From assembly GCA_977030845.1 (NCBI GenBank), contig OZ365115.1, positions 2,046,001 through 2,110,000 on the forward strand: 64,000 bases of DNA, read 5' to 3'. The stretch is from Fimbriosthenelais zetlandica. Its lineage: Eukaryota. Position numbers and translations under genes: made by a program. Shown here in pieces: positions 12,651 through 26,300 of the stretch. The number at the start of each line of letters is the position of its first letter. The first letter of the stretch is position 1. The notes under the pieces are model-generated. The model had not been told where the DNA came from. It did no database searches and saw only the letters and a list, made by a program, of their open reading frames with translations.

Positions 12651-15600
12651 TATTTTTAAAATGCCCCGCCTGTCTTTTTTTCTCTCTATACGATGTCCAT
12701 CCGTTTTCCTCCACTTTACATACCATATGGGATTGTAGACTTTAAATGGCACCTTCCAACACAATACATGCAATAAAATGTAAATCACCTTCACCGTGCC
12801 ATCACGCACAGTTTTTATTTTACAGCCTCGAGAGCCAATTATCAGCTTATCGCACTTAGCGTTCAAACATTTTGAAAATTACTCAATTACTGAGATAATA
12901 AAACGCACCAATTCTGTCCCGGATCTGGGCGTAGTGATATTAGGGCTCGTGCTAGAGTGATTCAACCAGCGTCCCTCCACATCCTCCTCCCCGGAAAATA
13001 ATCCTTTTTGTTCTGGTCGGATGGGTTTGATGAGGGCCGGGAGGGAAGAATCTGAGTGGAGAGGGAGGCATTTTCAAGAGGAGTGGGTGATTTTGAAGTG
13101 GGACTGGTAGTGGGAGGGTAGGTATGGGGAATGAAGGGTATTGCCCTTATTGGGATGAGGTCCTTCAGGGAGCCTGAGGGCTTTAGAAGGGCCAGGTTAG
13201 AGTGTACACCTATTCATGACATTTGTATATTACAAAGGATATTTGGGAATCATAAGAATGGGGCTTTTGCATAAATATGTTTTCAAGTATATGTACTTCG
13301 AGTGGTGGAATTTAATAGTTTTTTTGTTGAAATACATATCAATTTAGCAATGGAATTATTTCATCCATGTGACTGTAAGTTCCATATCAAAGAGTATGAA
13401 AATATAGAATTCTCCATTTAAAGTGGAATACAATAATGATCATTGCACAACAGTATTTTAGACTACCACAAACCTAAAGTTTAGACCGTTTTCCATGTAG
13501 ACTTACAGTCTAATCTTTTGGTAGGTGTGTGGATCTATGTATTGTGGCTTATTTTGTGGCATAGTATTTCATAACAATAATAATTAAGTCCATATAATTG
13601 CGATTCTACTCAATGTAATCCTCGAATTATGTCTAATAGAATATATATAAAAGAGCTTAAGTTTTGGTTTTGTTTTAGGATTAGTACTGATACCCATGGT
13701 ATAAACCCTCATCAGTCCTGTGTGGGGTATATAGGTTGGGTTTGTGTACCCAGGGACCCTACTCACATCTAGTTAGAGTGCACCCATCCCGTGAACACAT
13801 AATATGATAGCACAATGGATTAGACAACCGTCAACACTGACACCATATGTTATATTACACAAGTTTATATATACTTACAAAAGACTTACATGGGATTAAA
13901 CATAGTGTAGTGTACACTACAATGAAACTTTCTTAGCGAAAATTATAAGAAGAAATATTTAGTACGGCATACATGCACACATGTTAAAGAAACAGGACTA
14001 TTTCTTTTCAAATGCCACAGGAGAAAAGAGAAAGAGATGCAGATATGAGAAATTTAAAGGATAATATTCATTATGATCCTACATTTCTTTACATAAATTA
14101 AGTAGACAGCATCCGGAATTTCTGACCGTTGGGAAGTTGTTAAGGAAACACTTTATTAAATAATGTTTGGTATAAAAATTGATGGGGAACAAATCCATGA
14201 AGCATGGGTTTGTAATGATTGCGTTATCTGATATCTACCTGGCACATGAATTGCTACCTGTCTGCTCTTTTCACAGGTCGGACCTTTTTACCCATAATGC
14301 CCTGTCACGACCCTATGTGATACCTCACGCATGCGCACAAGGTACCCCTTGTTCTTCCCGCGTCCCTCACTCTCCTCTCTGACACGCAGTTATCTCGTAA
14401 AATCTCGCGGAAGATGTGACCATGTCGTGACGTCACTGTCCGCTGCCATGACGACCATATGTTGTTAAACATGAGCATGTCATCGCCACCTTGTCCGCAT
14501 GCTCCGAGCATGCGTACATGGCTGGTATTGTACTGTGAGGGCCACCATTATTACAAATCACGTGTAATTACGTGTGGTATCACGAGAGTGGAATCACGAC
14601 CTTGGTTAAGATGCTCAACACCAGGGGGCAGGTTGTAGGTGTGAGGGGCTGAGGGTCAGGGGTCCGGGTCGGCAGGTAGGGGGCATCAAGGTGATAAGGA
14701 AGACGATATTTAGACGTGTTTAAACCCCCATCATATGTGTAATTTACCTTTGATATAATGACATCGTTATCGTTATGACATTGCCATGGTAACGCATGCC
14801 GTCACAACATGACATGGTCACGTCATGGGCTGAGTCAGACACCCGGCCCTGTGACAGCAAAACCACAGAACACATTCTTTATAACTTCAGTCCTTTCTTC
14901 TATCTTCCCGAAACAGATATCTGGCATAGATACAAATAATTCAAACTATCTAAAGTTAATATTTGGACCTCTTTTTAGAGATAGGCCTACTTATTACCAT
15001 TTTGTTCTAGGCCTATATTGTGTATGACTATTGAGCATCTACAAGGTTACTTTTTGGGTGTCTTGAGTGTTTTGATACTAAATTAGCAGCCTTTTCAGAA
15101 ACTAGTTTTATCTTAGGATTTTTTTTGCTGAGTTTCACATCTTTTTCAATTGTTCAACACAGAAACCACCCATTTCAATGTGATTTGGGAGGGTGTATAG
15201 ACCTGCCCACATTGAGACAAGCCACCACAGCCAGGGCCCCGGGTGGTAGAACAAGAAACTTATCTTGTTATTTTTGACATCCTAATAACGGTGATTATCA
15301 CAGTGCCCCTTGTGTCAGGCTGAGAAATTAATTTCTAGTTGCTATAGTGACGTCATGGGCAAAGTTGAGAGATTTAGAGAAGGACACGGAAAGAGTTGCA
15401 AGTTAGTCAGTCAACTTCTAACAAAAACTAGCACAATAGATGAATAATCAATCCATGAAAACAATAATAAATTCAGATGTTTAAAAACTATAAGCATCTA
15501 ATTGCTAGAATTGAAGTATGACTAAAAAAAATAAATGAAAGATAAATATAGCAAAACTGTAAGATTATTTTACTGAATTCTGAATTAACCCTATCACATA

Positions 15601-18600
15601 CATGCATCTCAGAAGTGTTTACCCTGGTTTAACTTCGTTAAGACCTTGGTTGCCACGACGTAACACTAATTTGCAAGCATTACACATTGTAATCTTTATC
15701 ACCAATATAAAAACTAACCCTTAGCCTCACACATCCTCTGTCTTATAAGCCTAACCAAAGGGACCAACATTCATGCCAACAACAGTTTTATCAGCTATGA
15801 CAATGTTTACACTCTTATAAATATATCAATAACATACCGTAAAAAGATCAGGGCTTATGCACTACCCTTGTGGCACGCCACAAGTCTAAAGCCTTGTGAA
15901 AATCCACAAACAGTGACAAATATGCTACACAAATGCAACATTATGTATCTGTGAATTTGCCTACTAGATATTAGCCTTGTCACCAAACCTGATTAAGACC
16001 TAATCCTCATACAGGATTCCTCTGCATGGTAATATGAAGTCAGGGCTTATACCGGATTAAAAACAGATCCTTGAGGGAATCCTAATTTAGTTAATGTTAG
16101 TCAAAGGCTTTACTGAAGTCTTTGTACAAAGGATACGTGCAGTGACCTAACCTGGCCGTTAGGTAACAGACAGTGAGATACACAGTGGGGATATATTTCA
16201 TCAATTATCAACCACCCAGTCATTATTACCATGTCACTGATATGTTGTTACGTCATCATTAATATGATAGGTTTATTAACGGGGATGAGTAATGAGAGCT
16301 GTCATCTCAAACGTCTCCCTCCAAACTTTTTATTCGCAATGTCCGCAGAAATGTATAATATAATGGCCGGAGGGAAGTCAAATATTCATGAGTCGAGGGG
16401 GACGGAACTCTATGATTACAAAAGCTAATCTGCTCAATTTCCAAGAGATTTTGTAATGCCATTTTATTGTTAAACATCAGTAGTATTTCACCAATTAAGT
16501 AAAGGTCATTCTGTTGGCAATCAAAAAGACAGAATCTCCACAATTATTCCCTGATTTCTGAATCAGGAACCCACTTTTTTACTGTCTTAATATACATGTA
16601 ATTCAGAATTTACATTTAATTTATACTTGTATCTAAGTATCAGTGAACCATAAATTGGCTCAAGAAGAAAAGCATGGAACTTGGGAGTGGGACATGTAGA
16701 CATTGAATTTGCTGGTTGAGTAGTTACGACTCAAAGTCTGATTCAGTGATTGGAAGGAAAGGCCTATTGAATTTATCAGAATGGTCTGTTCTATAAATAT
16801 CATACTAGAGCTACCAACTTCCCAGGAAACTGTTACTATGTTTAACCCTTTGTGCCGGGAGTCCTTATTTCAGGCTTAATGTAATATTAAGAGATTATAA
16901 CATAAGGGTCCCGCCTCTGACAGTGTAATCAGGGTTAAACCAGACCCAGCCACAGGATGTTTCTTCCCTTTCTATGTCTGTCAAAGTGTCACTCGTAGTT
17001 CAACTAATTGTTTCTACTTTTGATTTTATCTCTGTAAATGATTTGCATAATTACATCTCTTGGCAATTCTTTAAGTGATTTCACCTGTTGAATAATTCAT
17101 TCTGAAGATCTTCAAAATAATGAAAAGTAGTTCAATTATGGACGATTTGTGTGCGTCTAGTCATAATTATCTTGCCTTGATTGATAATTCAGGTTGACAT
17201 CTTTTTTTTTTTTTATAGATCTTTATATTTATTGGCAATTAAGTGAACTTAATTACTATGAGTAAAAAAGGTTTTATATGCATAACTTTCTATTTACCTA
17301 TTATTGTTTTAAATTTCGTTGTGAGCATACTCTTTGTACCCCTGACTTCAGGTGTGAATGCAATATGAACCTATAAGAGTACACCTTTTCCCTTCTATAG
17401 CCTTAATTTTTAATGACATAGTGTCTTAAATTGAATGACAGTTCATCGTAGAGTAAAACTACACTTAGGAATCCAAATAATCCTTGGTCGTTTTTGTGAA
17501 AACTGTCCCCATGTGAAACCCAATACCTGTATTCACAACACCTGTGTGAGGCTTCTCTACCTGCCTTCTGGCTATAAAAGGTGTCATAGGGTTACACCAG
17601 ACCACGCCCTCCCCCATCACGACACGCCCCCATCTCTCCCGGCCACGCCCCCTTGATGGTACCAGCATGGACTGAGGGTGTATCATTATTTCAACAAAGG
17701 TAAGGTTACCATAGGGATATAATCCCAGGTAAGAGGGGTACGTCCTAATATATGACACTTGTACTTTATTTTCATTTCTTTTATGCCTGTCCATAGAGCT
17801 TGACACTTGTAGAGGGCATCTCAAGGTTAAATATGATCAATGCTCTCAGGTTTATCATCAAACTTTCACTGTACACATACTCAGCTCATGTGTAACTTAT
17901 AGCAATGATCTCATGGTTAAATATTGGTATACAATTAGTGCGGCGGGGGTTACACAGGTTTCCTGTATTGAAAATCCAAAAATTATACAATTTATACAAT
18001 TACAAATTCACCCCTTGACATAGCATACCAGTTGTTCCTATAACGTTAAAGAAATAAAAATCCTTTTTTCAAGAAACAGAATTTAGCTGATTTGTGAATA
18101 ATTGAGTTAGTATCTGATCCCTGATCCTATGTTTAAATTATTTACAGCAATGAAATCAATTCTAATTTTAGACCTAGATTTAGTTTTAATTATTGTCATG
18201 TTGCCGTTGCATAATTAATTTCCTGAGTAATGTTTAGATTTGTTTATAGTTCTGTTTTGGGATATACGTGTAATTAGCATTGATATAAGATGATAATGAA
18301 GCCATGATATTTTTTCACAGAAACTTTCTTCGTGAAATCATCCACTTTTCCCCCGATATACCGTCATACATTCCGCCATTACATTAACATGACCCTGTAA
18401 TAGTCCTTTATTCACGATCTCATCCATCATTATAACACCCATACATTAATACCTACACCTTCCCCTATACCTTCACTATAGATCACAAAACCACAGAAAT
18501 GTCTATGGGGTTTACCCCTGCTTCCTGCCTATTGTACAGGACACTATACATTCCCTGGGGGTGGGGGGAGGGTGAGGGCCCGGGAGGGGGATGGGGGCTT

Positions 18601-20305
18601 TGAGGCGCTGTCTATAGCATCAATGGTATGCGCATTCAACATATTGTTAATTATTAACGATGTCATGAAAGACTAAGTGTGGGTATAAGGTTTGAATGTA
18701 CGAAATAAGAGCCATAATGGAAAGCAGAATCAAAATAAAATTCCAGATTTTTTTTTATATATTTAGATACAAGTCCTTCATAGATCTATAAAGGCATAAG
18801 TTATGACATTGATCTATAATTAGCAATTCAAATTTGGACACCTATAGCCGCAGCTCTATTAAGGAATGCTAATGCTAGGATATCATGTCATATCTAAGTA
18901 AATTTCAAGGCACACCAAGTTCTGCACTAAAATCATGCAAAAAGTGTTTTAAACTTGCCACTCACACGTGTTAAATCGTTTGAATTATATTCAAATAGAA
19001 GCATTAAAACATATTACTTCAACTGGGGGGATTCCAGATACAGTAAGTAACCCGGATGTGGTTATGGCACGTGACAAGGCAACCACAGAACAAGCCGGAA
19101 GTGGGGAGTAATTCTAGAGGAGAGTGTGCTCTGCGCCTGCGCGGTTCTGGCTGAGCTGTTACGCCACAACCGAAGAAAAGAACGGCAGCCCTGAATAAAT
19201 GTACATTTTGCGGTTCTACAATTAAGATTTTTGGAATAACGTCGCTTCAAAGTGAATAGAAATATGGCAGCCGAAGAATTGGAGCTCAAAAGCTTACTTA
19301 CGTAAAGGTTTACTGGGTTTGGTACATTCTATGATATCTTTGTCAAAGCTTCATAAAGAGAACAATGTGAGTAGTATATGAAAGTTTAAGTGTATCCTGA
19401 TTAATAGTATAACCTATAGTTATTAGTTAGCTTTAGTTTAGTACACTCCAGGTCCATTGTTTTGTGTACAGTGCACAGAAAGACACTATAGATATATTAT
19501 GTAGGCCACATAATGTTACATAATATCCATCCTCTTAATATTTTTGCCTCTAAAGTTGTGTATAAATTATTCCATACTATAGTGTATTATTCTTATAACT
19601 CGATGTCTTTAAAACTCATTCTTTGACGGACAAAAATATAGACAACTGTAACCATGGAGTTGATATTTAGGTTTTTGATTTTATTCAAGACTATGTACAG
19701 AAATATAGCATCTTCATATGGAGATCGATGAGATATTATAAACACAAAGGGTGCCATGTTAGCACAACATAAGACAGTTTCTCTCCACAAAATATATACA
19801 GATATAACGAAGGTGGACAGTCCACACCTGAGTGTTTTCATTGTGAACTAAATGACCATTAAGGCAAGAAACCATTAAACAAATGTGTGTATTTTATCAA
19901 TACAAACTCTTTGTTAGTTGTATGTATTCATCTTTAATAATAAAGTGGAATATAATATTCCTTATTATGATTGTCTGTAATAAATAATAGTTTTCACCTG
20001 CACATTGTTATAATGACGTTTCATATTTGGTATTTGTATTTGTCATGATTATGATCAATATCTTCAGTCATTTTGCATCATGTACTGGATCACATGATCA
20101 GTGGGTCACATGATAGTCGAGATTTCACACACGAAATCTCTCAATATATTCAGTGTGTGAGAAAGAGGCTTCATAGAATCATATCACTAAATGCACAATT
20201 ATCACTAACTATGGACATGATCTTCTACAGAAACATGAACCTGCCCATCCTGGATGAACCTGCTATCACACAGGACACAGAGATTGTTTATAACTGGCCA
20301 CATTG

Positions 20306-23300
20306 TCACCAGGGGCGCCACATGTCGTCCTGCCTCATGTCCAGGTCTCTATTGTCGTCTAATTGAGCACATGATGAGTCATCAGTTTTAGCCTCGTTAG
20401 ATGACTGATCATCATTTGATGACACCTCATCATCTAGTCCTGAATCGACACTCTCCGTCTCCTTCTTCATTATGACGTCACTTCCTGTTAGAGGTAAGAC
20501 ACTAATGACGTCACAATTTGTTCCTAAGGCAACGGAGAACTGATTCCGTGTTGGATTTGAATGTAAGTCTATGGGTGTTTCTGGGTTGCTTTGTTTTAAT
20601 CGTTCAGCACCGTTCATGCTAAGATCTAGCGGCAGGGATGGATCATGCGCAGGCTCCACTACCATGACAGTGTTTTCTTTTGTGTCAGCGACGCCAAGCG
20701 ACTCTCCCATCCGAACAAGGCAGTCATTCATGTGAGAGAGAATGTTCGTTTTGACAGTGTCCTCGATCTTGGGAATGTTGTTCAGGAAGTGGGCAATCTC
20801 CGAGGCACATTCAGTGAAACCTGCTTGGTATCGCGTAACAAGGTTCTCTCGGCTATCTGTAAATGAAAAAGAAAAAACGGTTATAATAATAGAATTGCCT
20901 CTATTCCGAGTTTACATTATGACGTCATAGGGATGTCGCAAAAGCTGCCAGTTTCTGGCAGAAAGTATGGAGAATACACCTTGTTCTGTGCGTACATGTT
21001 CATACGCCAGTGTCTAAGCACTATACCCTCTCTCAAACTAACGAGTATAGAAAGAAGCTCGTTGTTCAAACTAAGGACTAAGGACCTGAATTTTTGAAAA
21101 AGCTAATAAGAGAGGTAGTTAAGAGGTCACTGCATTAGACATCTCAGGGTCTTAACCGCTGAATTCTCTTCCTGGGGTGCCCCTGAATGGACTGCTACTG
21201 AGGGTCGAACCCACGGACCTCCATACAGATCCTACTAGCCACCTGTGCCGTCCAGTCTCCGCACCTGTTACCATGGCTACCCATGGTCTAAATCAAGATC
21301 CCCCACCTGTCAGTCTTATCGTTAACTAAGATCCCACCCAGCTTCCCAGCTGGCTGACCACGCCCTATGATTGACAGGTACAAATGGTGATTGACAGGTA
21401 CAAGCCACGCCCCCTCATTGTAGCACTGTCATTACACGCAAATGATGCTGTTAACAAGGTCTACATCCATAGACACAGTAGACATGAGTCCCATAATGAG
21501 CTACTATAGGATCTGATTAAAAGCCCTTAGTTTTTGACAAAACTCTTGATTTATATTCAGATAATTGTGATGGCCGTTAAGCATATGAGGGGCTGGCAGC
21601 AGTAACGACCAAACCAACAAATATATCACATTATCTTGGTCGTTTTGGGTCTTTTTTGTATATTTTGTGAGTGTTGGGCACTGAAATCCATCAGTATAAT
21701 AGTAAAATGTAGTCTATTCTCTGCAGTCCTTTCATTCTGTTCATTTTTTATCGGAAGAGGGCGTGATCTTATCATGCATTTTTGTTCCCAACCCACATCG
21801 CTTCTCTTTTCAAAGCGACATTTTGCTGAGATCCTTTCAGTTGATTACAAAATCTTGTCCATCTTGGGTCTCTTTGTCCAAGGGAGAACAATGTCAGTCA
21901 CGTGACTGATTGCTTCCTCATTGAGCCGGTAGAGGGCCAGGAATCCTCGCCTAATTTCACATCACATCCAACATATGGCACGTGTGTTCACAGGTCTGAG
22001 AAATGATGGCTTTAACCCTTTCTCACCGGATGCCTGCCCATAGAAACACCCATTGAAATGTCATTGAAGGTGGTAGTGAGATTAATGGTTAATTTAGCGG
22101 GCTTTAACCACCAATCAATGAAGTACTGACAACGTGTTCAGCCTCGCCCTTACACCAGATGATGTATCCGTCCCTGATCGCTCAGCGAACAGATGGATCA
22201 TGGAGAAAGACCCATTAAGAAATGGCTAACTTCAAAGGGTTAACTGTCACCAGGGCTGGGTTCATCCCTCATTAGCCAGTGATGATACTCAGAGGTATTC
22301 ACATATTTTGTTCAGGTACTTGGTGGATACAAGAAAGGTGAAATATGGGTCACCAAAAAGGGTGAACATTTCAAAAGAAATACATTTTAGATCGGCCTTA
22401 ACTGATTATTGGCATTATACCTGCCATTGTCAACTTGTTTTTATCCTTCCATGTTGCCTGTTAAATTAAGATAAATGACAGTAAAATCAGATGTCAGCTT
22501 GTAATTCCTGACATGCAGGGTATTATTCATTGCCCTGCTTTTAATATGTAGGCAATGTTTTGGTGAGTTGAACCCTATGTTTAAGGCCAGAGTCAAAAGG
22601 ACAGGTCAACAGTAAAGAGTATGTTCTGGAGGGGGGCAGTCCTCCCCACACTGACCGCCCTTCTCGTGATGAGGGCTGTAGTTCATCATTCACTCACCAG
22701 AGATCTCGTGCCCTCTCTCATCAAGGTCACATGACAATAGCCAGGAGCATTCTGGGTACAATCAGTGCCTCTCTGTGGCAGGTCCACAAACTATGGCCCC
22801 GCATTTCAGGGACACACCACTAGGGGGACGGGGATGTGGGTGTAAAACCGGAAGTGTTCGTATTAACGCGGTTACTATGACAACAAGCCTAAGGGACCCT
22901 ATGTTCTTGTTCCATGGCCGTGACGTGAAAGGCAACATCAAAAAGATGGCGGAGTGAACATCAAAGACCGGCATGCACTGCTTCACTGGTCAACTCCCCA
23001 GGGTTCCACGTTTCCAGGGACCAGACCTGGGAGGTAGGGGGTTTAAAAAGCTGGAGGGGTGAAGACAGAGGGGTAAATACCGTCCCCACTCATTGTCCCG
23101 CCCCCCTTGGACCTTATTTAGTCCCTTGTTTACTTGTCAACAACCTGTTACTTGGAGAGCAACTGCCAAAGGTTTGAGATCTTATCAAGTCCTTAGTAGA
23201 AAGAGAATAGATTATCTGGTGAGAGGGTGGTAGGGCATGATGACAGGTTGCCATGGTGATGCCCTGGAGGTGGGGGGGGGGGGGGTTATCTATCTACCTG

Positions 23301-26300
23301 TGTGGGTTTTTTTATCGTGATGTGGCCTATGGGAGATGGGGTTATTATGGGATGGCTTTGTTGAGATTGTACTTAGTTATTTTCCACTGTGTAGCATTGT
23401 GTTTGAAACGTGTACTCACAAAAAAACGAAACTACCTCATTATGTTTTATCTCTGACTAAAGAATTAGAATTACGGACCGTTTAGGTGATTGATGGGACC
23501 AGGGTTTATATTATCTGACAACATCTTTCAATTAACCTTGCAGAGTTAACTTTACAAATTTTAATGTATAATTATGAACAAAATATGGAGAAATGAATGA
23601 GGTGGACAAAACTTAAATTGTGACAAAATTCTACGAAATGAATGGCAACAGAAAGAATTGGCTCCTAGCCAATTTCATTTCTAAGCAAGTAAATAAAATG
23701 AAATGTCAGCAAAATGAAAGAAACTTACCATCATTTTGTTGTGATTTCAGAGTCTTCAGGTGGTTCACTGTCATTTCCAAGATGTCTGCCTTTTCTAACC
23801 GGTTATAACAAGCAGGCTGCAAAAAACAAAACAAAAATCTCATCAATATAAGGCTTTTGTCCATTGTTCTCATTCTAAAAACATAAACTTATTTTTCTGG
23901 GGACAAATATCGCAAAGTTCACTTCTGGAATTTTAATTTTGACTTCTAGTTTTCGTGAAGGATTCAGTTTCATATAATCGTTAGCCCTAAGTGAAAATAT
24001 ACCCTATTTTCATTTCAGCCAAGGGGGATTGTCTACCTTTTGAAAAGAAGACAATTTTAAAAGGTTCAACCTTTGATGGACTCAGGGAAATAGGATACGG
24101 GCGGGTGGGGAGTAGCAATAACCAATTGTCGACCCATTCAGGCATGTGACAAAATACGGGCAATTAACGAGGATCAGATTCACAAAAAACACACTTAAAT
24201 GATACACGCCTAAACGGAGCAGAAAGAGTCATCACAAGCAAGCCTTTGTTAAATAGCTTTTGGTGCTCAACTGCAAAAATGTGAACCCAAACTTTGGATA
24301 CATTTCCTTTCACCCCTTTTACCCTCATTACCGATAGAATAGACTAGCCAAAGTCTTGTCTTAATATTCCTAATTATTAATAGGCTGATTTGCACTTCAG
24401 TTCCGATTTAGCATTGTACTTCAGTTCCGATTTATTTGAATATAGATTTCGTAATTAATTTTTTTTTCAAATGTTAAAGTAATTAAATTACTGGTACAAT
24501 TATTACGAATTGTATAACTGATGTGCAAAAAGCACAATCAAAAGAACTGCCAGAAATTGAACTGTTATATTTTAATTGTTAAATTATATCTATATCTATG
24601 TAAGGACTAGTAGCTGCCATTTTTTAAAACGTTTCTGGGAGGAAACAAAGTTAGGGAATGTAACCAAGAGCAAGTCTATTTCGGTTGAAGAGTGGAAAGG
24701 AAGTAGCAAGTGAGGCTTTATTTTCCTGAACAAAGCTTCATTTGGCTGAACCAAGCCGAGCTTTATATTGTAAGCCAAAAGAAACACACAGTAGGACTGG
24801 CTACAATCCAGGCGTGCTAATGATGCTTCTATTATAGCGTCACTCCTTCCTCCTCCCAGCCCGCCGTTCATAAAGAAAGTAGCCACCTCCCAACTGCCCC
24901 CCTTAACTCTTAACAACCTGGCCATTTCCAAAATAAAGAAGATCCAGTGATTTGTTCCGAATTTATCCACCTATCAATTTTCCATTAACATCCAACAAAC
25001 AGAGTAAAATAGTACAAATCAACGATATAATATTTATGTTAAAAATTATAAATTATCATCAGTAATTTTTAAAAAGGCAGAGCTCGCGTGCGCGCTGTAG
25101 CATCCACATGCAACGGACCATTCCAACAGGCCCAGTGTTGCGCGATGCAGAATAAGTGGACGTTAGGGCAGAGGTATAAGAAAGACATTAGTCCTGGCGC
25201 AGTTAGCCATATGGTGTAGGGGGTTATAATAGTCAGTCCTGGTAGAGAAGTAATCACAGAGTGGTAGGTGAGAGATGGTCCTACAACATATGGTAGGGGG
25301 TGGAGGGGTATGGCCGAACAACGACCAAGTATTTATGACACTCGAGAAGACCCCTTAACGATCTTGACCACTATCATAAATATGGAAATTGACTCAGATT
25401 TTGTACTTGACAATTTCAAGAGTAAACAAGGCAAAGATTTGAAATTTAAACAAAGATTCTAAAAGGAGACTGTTACGAAATGATACCTGTAACTGCGAGA
25501 TGCTCTCACGACACAGAGATTTCATAGAGAAGGGAAATACCAGAAGAGTCTGTATTTCTACATATTCAACATTTTTGGGATTATCAGAACAGCATAATTT
25601 CTGAATTAATCATTTCCATTGAGCTAACTAGTCAAATCATCATAAAATCAATAATTACCATAGTTTTTTTCTCAGAAAACTAAAAGAGTAAATATAGGCG
25701 CCTATTTTCTTACTCCACTACATTTGTTTCATTGAAAGTTTCAATCAATCGCGTCGAATAAAAAGCTGAATTTAGATATGATTCTCATTGAAAAACAATC
25801 TACATCTTGTGAGATTTCATATATTCAGATCCCAACCATAGTGTCCCCTCGTACTGAAGTCTTCTTCTAAAAGCTGTTGGTCTTTTAAAGGTCATTTAAA
25901 GGTTATACACTTTGTAAGTCTATAATACACGTGTACACCTACCCACACCCCCAGCAACCGTTCACCTGTGTGTGAACATAAAGGTGTGTGTGGGACATAT
26001 ACACATGCGTGTGTAGAGAGGCTGGGATGGTAGTATATGTCTCCACTCATACACTAATCATTAAGTTTGTCGCTATGCATCTTGGGGCAGGATGGCGGTG
26101 TCTCAGTCAATGTTTGCCCCTGATGAGATTGTCATTGTCATGCAAGCAGGATTCTGCTCTCTGTGTTATAGGATATCTCGCCTCACACAAACACTTTGTT
26201 GGTGATTTAGAGCGCTGAGACACGCACTCATACACGACCAAGCTGAGATTTAAAACACCCCAAACCCTCTCACACACACCGGCTTACAACTCTAAAACTT

